NCBI RefSeq assembly: GCF_964204865.1 | Contig: NC_135260.1 | Location: forward strand, 10,354,001-10,418,000 | Source: Styela clava | Taxonomy: Eukaryota | DNA length: 64,000 bases | Reading direction: 5' to 3' | Shown: one piece after another, positions 37,601-47,000 of the stretch | Position numbering within the stretch: position 1 is the first letter of the stretch | Layout: every line of letters begins with the position of its first letter | Notes under the pieces: model-generated | Databases searched by the model: none | Seen by the model: the letters and a program-made list of their open reading frames with translations, nothing else | Told to the model about the DNA's origin: nothing | Position numbers and translations under genes: made by a program

Positions 37601-40542
37601 CATTTATTTTATTTTATACTACAGATAATAAAAAAGGAATGATGGGAAGAACTGGAATTGCTAGGTTGTCATCTGATATAACCAATATTGTCAGTACAGT
37701 CAATAATATGCAGGTTAGAATATGGTGAAAAACTGATTTGGTTTCATTTAAAGGCTTTCTCTGTGATTGCCTTGTTGTACAATTGGCCCACGAGACGAAA
37801 AAGGTTGGGCAGGCCTGCCTTACCGTATTTCAATTTGAAGTTCATGTAACTTTTTATAAATAAACTAATTGTATTTCAAATATTTTCCAGTATTTTTATG
37901 TTTGAAAGCTGGACATTTATGAAGTTATTAAAATTCTTAACCATGTAATCAAATCCAAAATAGTCAGAACCCATTATTAATCAAATTCTAAATTGTAGTT
38001 TGGCCATGATAATAATCTTGAGAAGGGATCTGAATATGTAAAGGAATCAAGTAATGTCCTATAGTTTTCAACAATTCCTTTATTACAATATTGATAGACA
38101 AATTCAGGAATTGCTTAGAAACGTAAAAAAAAAAAAATTTTAATTTTTATGTATATACCATAAAATAATTTTCAAATATTATCCGCATCAAAATCAATCA
38201 CATAAAATATTTTTGTCACCATATTTTCTTCTACTTTTTCGATAACATGTTTTGTTTCTTTTAGGAAGGAAATGTTGAAACTTTAAATAGAATGCAGAAA
38301 GATTTAAAAGAAATCAAAAGTATTCTTCGCCATTTGATAAGTTCAGAATCTCAACTAAGAAAACCAAGAAAAAAAGATTCGGAAAGTCATCAAAAATCAG
38401 GCAGTCTTCCACCAGCTTCCATTATAGATCCACCAGTGTAAGTTTTTTTATTTAAATACTTGTTTTAATAAACAAGTTTAATTTTAATTTTTAAGTTTTG
38501 ATTTTTTTGTCAAGACTGCATATTTCTAAAAAAAAATTTTTAATTAAAAAAAAGAAGTAGTATTAGGGATAAGAATGAGGTTTCATTTTTTCTCTGGGTG
38601 GGAGAAAGACGATGAGACGGCCTTATCATATGGCGTTCCACGGACTCTCATCCAGTTATGTTGGGTATGGGATTGGGGTTAGTTAGCGAGTTACTTTTTT
38701 CAGATGCATGGACTTGATGGTGGGGGGAGCCGTAACTAACCAGCGGTTATGTGCACCACCCTACGATGGTGAGGAGTCCAGCAATCTTCTCACATAAAAT
38801 TATCCCCCATGGAATGCCCCAGGGTAATCAGAGATGCGATGGCAAGTGTATTCCTAATGCTCAACACGATGCGCCACCCGTTGCGCCATGTAGCCTACTG
38901 ATAATAGTTGGTTATCCATTACTTCAATCAGGCGTGGTTGAGATATATTAATCTATTAATGGGTTAATTTACGGCTCTGATACCAGGCTTTTAAATTTTA
39001 GAAATTTATTTTAAAGGTCTGAGGTGATTACAATTTTTCAATATAACTCCTTTGATATTGCTTTAATGTTTTGTTTTTTGTTTCTTCCCAGCTTCCCTCT
39101 TGAAATTCGAACTCTTCCTCCAATACAAGACCTTCGACAAAAAAGATCTCAAGAATTTGAGCCAATGTATGTAAAACACTGCATAAAATTATGGATCTTA
39201 CACTTTTTATTGTGTTATAATATCTTTTATAATCTGATGTGAATTGGACTTTCTAATGCCGCGATATATCTTTACTGATTTGTTCTGTAAAGACTATGAT
39301 AACGAATGCAAAAAAATTTTAAGATTTTTTTTAAATAAATTGCTGATCTCTAATCTATGAATTTCAACACCTGTGAGTGCTGAAAATTTTTGTCTCAAGG
39401 ATATAAGAGCTCTTGGTACATCAGTCTATGTTCTGTTATGACTACATTTACTTGGGGAACTTGGTCAACTTGAGCCAACTTAGATGTGGAAATGTGTTGG
39501 ATTTGCTGAAAATGCTGAATACTATGGAAATGGTGATTAATAAAGACATAAATTATTTATAATGATAATCTTTATCTACCCTGCAGAAGACATCCATCAT
39601 TGGATAGAGTGACAGCAGATGATGTAAGAAGATCTGTTGAAGATAATTTAATGAGAAGATTAATTCATTCATCACAAGATTCAAGAGCAAGCAGAAAGTA
39701 AGATGTTTTTATAATTTCTGTTGAATACTATGTATGTTTAGTAATTTCAAATGAGTGATATTCAACTTGGAAGCTTTTTTGTACACTCAAGGTTAAAAGA
39801 TAGTAAAGTATATTGTGTATGCTGTATATTTTTCAACTCAATCATCAGAATATACAGCTGAGCATCAGGAAAATTTTATCATGATCACAGTTGGCGTGTC
39901 TACATGACTTACCTACTTGACTCTGTTTCACAGAGATTCTCTTTCGCTTTATTGAGTTTGGGTCAAAACACTATGTGTGTCTATGTATGATGGCGATTCA
40001 TACTATATCAATTCTTTTTTCTAACTTTTCGCTATCCTCTCACTACTCTCTCTACTCTAACTAATTTGTTGAAAAATTGCAGTATTCATCATGATTAAGT
40101 TCTTTTAGCAAGAAACAAGGGGGAAGTTTTTTACTTATTTTAAGAAATTAGAAGTATTTCTGCATACTCTCACAAATATATTTTCGTCTGATTAATGTCA
40201 GACTTCCACAGACAAGCATAAGTCAACAACATGTTCAACAGCATGACATGTACGGTAATTGGTTCAGCATGAAATTTGAATAGTAAAATTTCTAATGATT
40301 GTAATCTTTATTTCCTTGTGAATTCCCTATGACCAGCAATACAACTTTAATTCGATTTCAGTGCAAGACAAGATGACTTAGATTTTGAGATGACTCTGTT
40401 GCCTGGGTCACCTGCTCGAAGCACACCGAGACCAGACCTGTCAACCAGTTCAAGAACGCCACCACCTAATCCAACTGTGGCATTTCAGGATCCAGAACAG
40501 TCTGATTTGAATATTGGAGACAGGGGATCATCAAATGTGTAA
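13679..40542 (+). CDS. Ankyrin-repeat TRP cation channel (TRPV-like / TRPVL-type candidate), about 1051 aa
   Basis: Phase-consistent exons: 13679-13700, 14233-14303, 14732-14861, 17833-17973, 19864-19949, 20500-20586, 22033-22106, 22610-22686, 23130-23291, 24666-24775, 25310-25400, 25975-26007 (optional), 27389-27417, 28420-28511, 29289-29400, 29623-29793, 30301-30417, 30915-31020, 31623-31761, 32179-32294, 32856-33063, 34008-34109, 34638-34797, 37063-37105, 37625-37713, 38265-38437, 39092-39166, 39587-39697, 40202-40249 (optional), 40362-40542. ANK motifs GQTLLHE, GRTPIHVAA, QTPLHFAA, RTPLHTAA; pre-S1 IIMHPVILKMLELKWNKFG; S4-S5 LGPFVVMLGKIFYDILRF; S6 INLFIALLSDTF; TRP helix MQQAIQILSIEE. The terminal low-complexity exons are less certain than the core. 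Confidence 0.93.
14986..16450. mobile_element. Composite DNA-transposon block (hAT left end plus nested sequence); right boundary uncertain
   Basis: CAGTGTTTCCCAAACTGTGGGTCGCGACC (hAT-type end) at 14986, followed immediately by a different terminus AAGCGCGCAGCCAGGATTTTCAAAAGGGGGGG. GGGGTCGCC subterminal motif near 16440. Confidence 0.45.
16961..17459. mobile_element. MITE with GGACCTTTCCCCGA TIRs and AT flanks (ISL2EU/PIF-Harbinger-like)
   Basis: Perfect TIR GGACCTTTCCCCGA / TCGGGGAAAGGTCC, AT on both sides, homologous copies at 9354 and 11313. The superfamily assignment is inferred from the termini. Confidence 0.8.
18014..18362 (-). mobile_element. tRNA-derived SINE, family A (full length)
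   Basis: Reverse complement of the 48876-49223 element, with (TAGGA)n tail at 18014 and head at 18362. Confidence 0.9.
20117..20330. repeat. About 100-bp-arm inverted repeat made of two Penelope-type hammerhead remnants
   Basis: Arms 20117-20217 and 20228-20330 are diverged reverse complements. The + arm has CTGAGAA-A-GTCTGAC-TTCG-GTCAGAC-GAAACGTT. The - arm has CTGAAGA-A-TTCTGAC-ATTG-GTCAGGC-AAAGAAGTT. Confidence 0.7.
20840..21492. mobile_element. Tc1/mariner non-autonomous fold-back element with transposase N-terminal remnant
   Basis: TA|CAGGGTGTCTCAAA ... TTTGAGACACCCTG|TA with long inverted arms. The minus strand encodes QRLFNREFGIDLAPTRTIYAIHRKFMKTGSVVDAHRSGRPRRARSEENI (HTH plus GRPR). 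Internal 53-bp tandem repeat at 21201-21305. Confidence 0.9.
23739..24048. mobile_element. hAT MITE
   Basis: TIR CAGCGTTTCCCAAACT / AGTTTGGGAAACGCTG; TSD CACTAGAA / CACTAAAA. Confidence 0.88.
24088..24387 (-). mobile_element. tRNA-derived SINE, family A
   Basis: TAGGATAGGATTTACATATTTAT tail through to CACGATGTGCCACAC head; reverse of the consensus. Confidence 0.85.
24953..25100 (+). mobile_element. SINE family A, 5' fragment
   Basis: Head with AGCGTTAGAAATACGCT stem-loop and B box GGTTCGAATCC. Confidence 0.75.
27857..28313. mobile_element. hAT MITE
   Basis: TGGGGTGGTCCAA / TTGGACTACCCTG termini, CGCGGGCC subterminal repeats, exact TSD GTTTAGAC (27849-27856, 28314-28321). Confidence 0.85.
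31272..31562 (+). mobile_element. tRNA-derived SINE, family A
   Basis: Matches 48876-49223 with a short internal deletion. Confidence 0.9.
32500..32620 (-). mobile_element. SINE family B fragment
   Basis: The reverse strand reads GGCCTAGCGGTTAAAAGC (A box) ... CAGGTTCAAAT (B box) ... ACCCATAGTGTAATAAATTGGGTAGGC, similar to about 56660-56785, 57093-57225 and 60555-60640. Confidence 0.55.
33262..33530 (+). mobile_element. tRNA-derived SINE, family A
   Basis: Homologous head, core and ATCCT tail; the 3' third is shortened. Confidence 0.85.
34194..34503 (+). mobile_element. tRNA-derived SINE, family A
   Basis: Homologous head to tail (…GGGATAAATATGAAAATCCTATCCTATCC). Confidence 0.85.
37261..37550. 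mobile_element. Degenerate hAT MITE
   Basis: CAGGGG start; GGCGGGCCAGA...CCGGATTTGG...GGGTCGTAGTTTGCCC right end typical of Charlie-type MITEs; TSD diverged. Confidence 0.55.
38565..38885 (-). mobile_element. tRNA-derived SINE, family A
   Basis: Reverse-complement match to the family consensus. Confidence 0.85.
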
Positions 40543-43500
40543 TTTTTGCATGTGAACAAATGGTAGATGTGTTAGTTAGAATAGTGTTTATATTAGAAAA
40601 CTAGATTCAGTGAAATAATGCTCGGTTCTGAAGTTTATATGTTACATCGACTAGAATTTTTAAACCCAAAATTGATAGACCAGGCAACATTTTTTCGTTA
40701 TCCAAGTTTTTCATCTTTGTTGTTGAAGATTGTTTTCATATTTTTTTTACGATGCTCATTTGCGTTGTTCGCTTTCAACAATTTCTGTAGATGCAGCCAC
40801 TGATACCTAAATATATGTGAAGGGTGTGCCAGGGAAGGCCATGTCACCCACAAACTGTGTGATGGGATCGTCTAATCTATATTCGCTTAAATCAAAAGCA
40901 CATTGTTCATGAGATATCCAGTTTTTGAAATCTCAATTTGCTGCTTAAAAATATTATTAGATAGTTTTTACTAAAATTTCTTTCTTACTTTTGTGTTGTT
41001 ACAAATATATGGAATTTTACCCTGTTACACAAAATTTGTTATTGTTTGTGATATATTCCCCTATTAAACATTGCTTTAGAAATGAATTATTTTCAAAACT
41101 CAACAGTTTCGTGATCGGGAACAGTAATTTTTGTTCATTTAGAAATTTGACTTCAGAAATTCAGTATTTCAAAGCTCTATTCCCACTACCTAAATTTCAC
41201 ATCATGGCAATTAACAGTCAAATTTGGTTTAAGCTTGTTTTATTTTTTCGTTTTAGAATTTTCTTACAAATTTATAACAATAATTTTTAGATATATTAGA
41301 TTTCCACTGGTATTTTCTTATCCGTCCTGATATGCACGCATACTATTATCACAATTAGGAATGTACTAGAGATTGAATTGGATGAAATTAATACCTCAAT
41401 TATGATTTTTGCCCTTCATTTTGTTCATGATTATTTATATTCGATTCTATCCCATTATCGCTTGCCAGATAAAATTTGTTTTTATAACATATGTCATTAA
41501 CTTCTTCATTTTTTGAGCATAGCCCATATTATGTATGGTGGTATAAATGTATGGTATGGCATCTAAAACAATTTTCGCTTCTATAACTTAATTAATTTTT
41601 TTCTGGTTTGGACAACTTCAAAACATTAATAGTCTCATTTAAGTGATTGATTTATAGAAAATGAAGTATTGAACAATAAATTAATAAAAAATTGTAATAA
41701 AAAATATTTTGTAAGTAGATATTATTGGGTATTTTTTATATTTCATGGTTGTGATTTATCGCTGTTCAACAATGCAGGAATATTTTTTGAATACATTATT
41801 AAAATATATCGTTAATTCTGACGCTAGGTGTATAAAGCATCGCGTCTGATGTTTTATTTAACAAATTAAATTTTTTGCACATGCTTTATTGCACTATACA
41901 CATTCTTCCAATTTATGCTTTTATATTTTTTTTTTCGAACTCCTTGTGTTTAATTTTATATAATGAAATTGATCACTGTAATATTTTGATTTCTTCAATT
42001 GCTTTATTCATATGATAATTGTAATTATGAATACTATGGAAATAATTTCTATTGCTGTTATATTATGTTCCTAGTTCCATTTTCCGCTAATAATTCGACT
42101 GATAATAAATTTATATTTTCCATTTATAAATTGATTGAAAAGGATATAAAAGATTTAGGCTATGTGTTGAGAGAAGGATCAATGACTCCATCTGTATGTG
42201 TAATAGTCTTTATATTTAAAATTTCTGATTACTGATAGTAAGTACACAGTCAGGGTAAAACTGCCAAAAAGGCAAGACATATACAAGATCTTTTCAACAT
42301 TAGTATTTATCGGCTGGTGGGAATGAGCATGGAGCCTTAACCTCGATAAGGTTTCAACTTGATGAATGGTTGGAAACAGCGAAGCTTGTACCGAGAGAGA
42401 ATAATTAGATATGAAGATTGTTGAAATCAATGCTATTTGGCTAGGGTCATTTACTTAACGAGTCATTGCCATGCATCCAGATTCCAGAACATTTAATCAA
42501 ATTACCATTTGCCTGCAATGATGACAGGACGACAGGCTGTGGTTTGTATATGATTATACTGTTCAATTGAATTTACTCCTCTGGGATGAATATGACCGGT
42601 TCTATCCTATGGATGCTCTACCGCTTGTTGACTCCAAAATTCTATCTGATCAACTTTAGTTATTTCAAAATATTGAACTTGAAATAGGGAGTTTAGTTAT
42701 ATTTAAATGTTTAATTAGTGTTTGTAGACATGCCGTAGCCATAATAAAAACTATTTTGTATCTTAGCAGCAGTTATTTTTCAGAAAGAGTAGCGTTACTT
42801 ATGACCGGAAAATGCTTTGTAAAACCAAAAATCCGTACTTAATTTCTCTTTCTTATTCACCACAATAGTTAGCATAAAAGTTTTCTAGGTATTCAATCAG
42901 TGTTATCGGATACGCAAAAGGGCTTCCGTCGTGAGTGGCGCACGTTCAGCTCAGTCGGGCTGTTCGTGTGGAATCGCTATCAAGAGATTCCGGACGCATA
43001 ATTTTTGTGTTCTTGTGGCTGCTGGCTGTCGTTTACACCGGCGCCCTAACAAAAAAAATCATATGAATCTGCGTTAAGTTGGTGTTTCCACGGCTTCGTC
43101 CAAATGCTGCTTCAAAATTTACACCGCTTACACGTTTCCCGAGTATTTAATATTGATCAAATGTTATATTACGTGGTAGGGGGCGACCCGGCTGCCGATT
43201 AACCACTGCTGACGCCGGCATGGACTTCGCACCGTTGTGGCAGCGCAGTCGTGATGCAAACACATACGAGAGAAATCTTTTAGTCGTGGGCTCAATCGTT
43301 GGTACTGTTTGCATTTACGTAACAATGTTCAAACTTCGTTGAGTGATGAAAGCCGCTTTTGTCATCTTGTGTCGTACACACTTCGTAGCCGAGATTGAGG
43401 TGAGTGCAGTTTTAAGCCAATTCAATTTTGCCTTAGGCCATAAGTTAATTTTTTTAATAATTTATAATATTTAGTCTAAGCTTACGCGGCTTACTTTGTT

Positions 43501-44039
43501 CCCTTCTGTTTTTTGACAAAACAGCTGATATGCGAGAGAATTTTGAGAAAAAAAGGAAAATTGTTATTCAAAACTTGTTTTTGTTTTCGTCGTCTGGTCG
43601 CCGGTATGATTTGGCTTTCTTTGTCGTAAATTTGTTTTCAAATTTAAATATTCATCTGGCCATAAAATTTAACAGCCTTTTGTACGTAATTATAATTCTG
43701 TTACATATATAATTATACTACAAATCGATACTGTTAGTTTTGAATTGATCTGATGGAATGTGACACTGATATTCATGTTCTTAAATACCACGCACCCAGT
43801 GAATGTTCAAATTTTTCGCCAATTCGAAGGGATCAGAGACCATTCTACTTTTAATTTTGATTATGTTGATTATGACTTTTTCATATCTAGTTGTATGAAT
43901 TAAGTCAACTTATATATTTCGGGGTCGAGATAACTCTGGTGTCATGTCATGGGCTGGTTTTGATTTATTTTGTGCTGATTATAATTATGAGTAAATGCAC
44001 CTTAATTTACAGATCGTGTACGAGTAATCTATTGTAAAA

Positions 44040-47000
44040 ATGAAGTTTACCAGAGACATATTACCACAACTTATTCAACTTTATTACCTCGTCCTTATCT
44101 TTACAGGTGGGTAGCATATTCTCAATATATATACTATTATTTTTACAGCTGTAATTTACTTGCCTTTTAACGCGATCCATTCAATCTGACCTTGTACATT
44201 ATTAATTTGGCTAGACCGACAACATAGCACACAGAAAATTAGTCTTATTTATATTTCTGAATTTTGGACCTTTGAAATTTATGTCATAAAAGATGCCATG
44301 AAAGCATTCTGATTTGTGCAATATTGTGCAATGCAAGCCTATAATTACACAATTTACAATGATAATATTTGGCGACACTGCATGACTAATCTGCTATTGT
44401 ATTTTGCGCAGTTATGTGACTTATGATCCATATTTTACTTTGTTATCAATACATTTACAAAGAATGTAATTTTGGCGTTGTTTGAGGTACACGTGGAAGT
44501 AATATGTCGACAGTATTGGCATAGTTTCAAACTTCGACTAAAGCCAGACGCCGGTTGGCAATACTAATACACGATTTCAAGACATGTTCATTCGAGCAAG
44601 GGCGCCAAATACATTACGCCATTAGGTACGGTTTAATCATATCTCGCGCTTGTCCAAACTTGAATTCATAATCCCATTTTACAAAGGAGTTGTTAATTCT
44701 TTCTTATTGTATATATAATCAGTGACTTATCACGAGTTGACCTCATTTGCTGAGCAAACAAATACTTACTACAAAATCGTATTTTTATTGGAGCAAAAAG
44801 AGAACGCCAGTCAGCTAATATGGACTTTGAACTGACATAGGAGAGAGAAAGACTTGTAAGTTACTTGCACACGCCGTTTCAACAAATGAACTTTGTGCAA
44901 TTCCTCCGAGGCTTTTGTGTCGTATCTTGTATGACGAAAGTACCTGAATTTCGTCCAGTTGTTTACTAATCAGAACACAAACCGATGGCAGGCTATGATG
45001 TTGGCGGTAGCCTGTTAAGTATAGTCAATAGCAGAAAGAGTAAACATCGTCAGGATTACCGCTTATCTGTACATTTAGTCAAGCTCATTTCGATAAATAT
45101 CAGCATCGATCAGATTCATAAGGAAGTAATCGTCATTTAAAATTTAGGGCCTGCTACAGTCTGATAGTTACATCATGCTGATTTTCTTTGAAAATGACTA
45201 TTTGGAACATCTAAATTGCAGTTTAAAATACGTTAGTTAAAGTCACCCGAAGTTAGATACAATTGATTACAAATTGTGCAAACTTTCGATTTCATCAAGT
45301 AAAATGAATGTTATTAGACAGTAAGTGACAGAGTTAGATTCACAAAAGCTCGAATTTTGATATATTCCTGTATTCATTTATTGTAATGACCTTGACACTC
45401 AACAGTGTTCAGTGTATTTTACCTCTACTTATCTATATTATAGTAAGTGAGAGAATCTAAGGTATACAATCTGACAATTGGCCATATTTCATTATTTTGA
45501 TCCTTGAATTGAGTAGCCCATATATATGAAATATGGTTAAAAGTGCGAGGTACCAAGCATCTACAATATAGGCCGAACTTTCTTCGTTTTATTTGGTTAT
45601 ACTTTCCAGTGTTCTATAACATTTTGGGACCAAGGATAGAATACAAAAAAGGCAAACAGATGAATATAATCACTTAGTCATGATTGAATGAATTAATGTC
45701 TGACAAAGCAAAATTCCCTACTGAGTTAAAATAGTGACACACATTCGATGAGCTGAATGACTAAATAACAAAGGAGTAAATTTTATGATGTCTTGCATCC
45801 TTGTTATATCATAGACAGCTGAGACCATTAAAGATTTGTGAAGTAGGACATGAGGAGAATGACCGAATTTCACTATTTTCTTATGATGTCAATTAAGTAC
45901 TTTTATTCCCATTCATCAGCCTTGTTTGAAACAGAATTTATTAATAATTTGAGTTTTTGCAATACAGTGGAAAACCGAAATAGCAAATATGGAGAGTAAT
46001 TTCAGTGCTTTTATGCTAACTGCATGTATTATCTACATTCACAATATCCCCTTCAAATATATTTGAAATGTGAAACAAATAAAATGATTTTCCTATAGTG
46101 TTAAATACGGTTTATCGTTACTTTTATCCAGAAAGGAATCTGTGTTGTTTGTACATCTGAAGCACAAAGTAGATACAATTCCACACAGTTCAAAATTGGA
46201 GATCGTATTACGTTTTACAAACTTGAATATCGTCATATCTTCACTGTGAGCATTTGAAAATGCAACATCACTGCAGTAGTACTGTGATCGGTTCATATGA
46301 ATTGTGTCAAGATCAAATTATACAAATGAAAACTATGAAAAATATAAAAATGAATGTAAAAGGTGTAATTACAAGCACGAAGCGGCAATTTAGCATGCTT
46401 CCGATTCAAGTACTTTTTCTAATTGTTATATTGTCACCTACATATCACTGTTTTTCTGTTCGGGGATTTGCTCAAGCAGCCACTCCCGAAGGCGTCTCAG
46501 GACAATCTCTCGATCCATCAAGAATTTATCAATACAGTTATGAAGCAGAAGTGGAATTAAATGAAGCTGATTTACCACAAGATAGTAAAATTCACACACA
46601 ACATGCTGATGTTGGTAAGAATTTTTCTCCTTAGTTTTGTTTTTATTCTCTGTTGTTATTTTCATGGCCAGTATTTTTATGCAATATTTTTTATCTTTAT
46701 TATATACAATGTTATGTATGAACAGCTGCTAATAAGTTTGGAGCTACTGTGTTATAGAAAGACCAAAATATTATTGATTCGCCTCAGATGATCTATTGAA
46801 TACTTAAAATTAGAACCGACATTTGACACACAAATTTATCTGAGACCTCTAACCCGCGAGACTAAAATAGTTAGATGTGATACGCTAACTACAAAATTGA
46901 ACAGAAAGTTAGTTAGCATGTTGAGTAAAGAGTTTGTTTGGGGATAAAAAAATAATCTTCAACTACTTGGGGTATTAATATTTCACATGCATGCTTGCTT

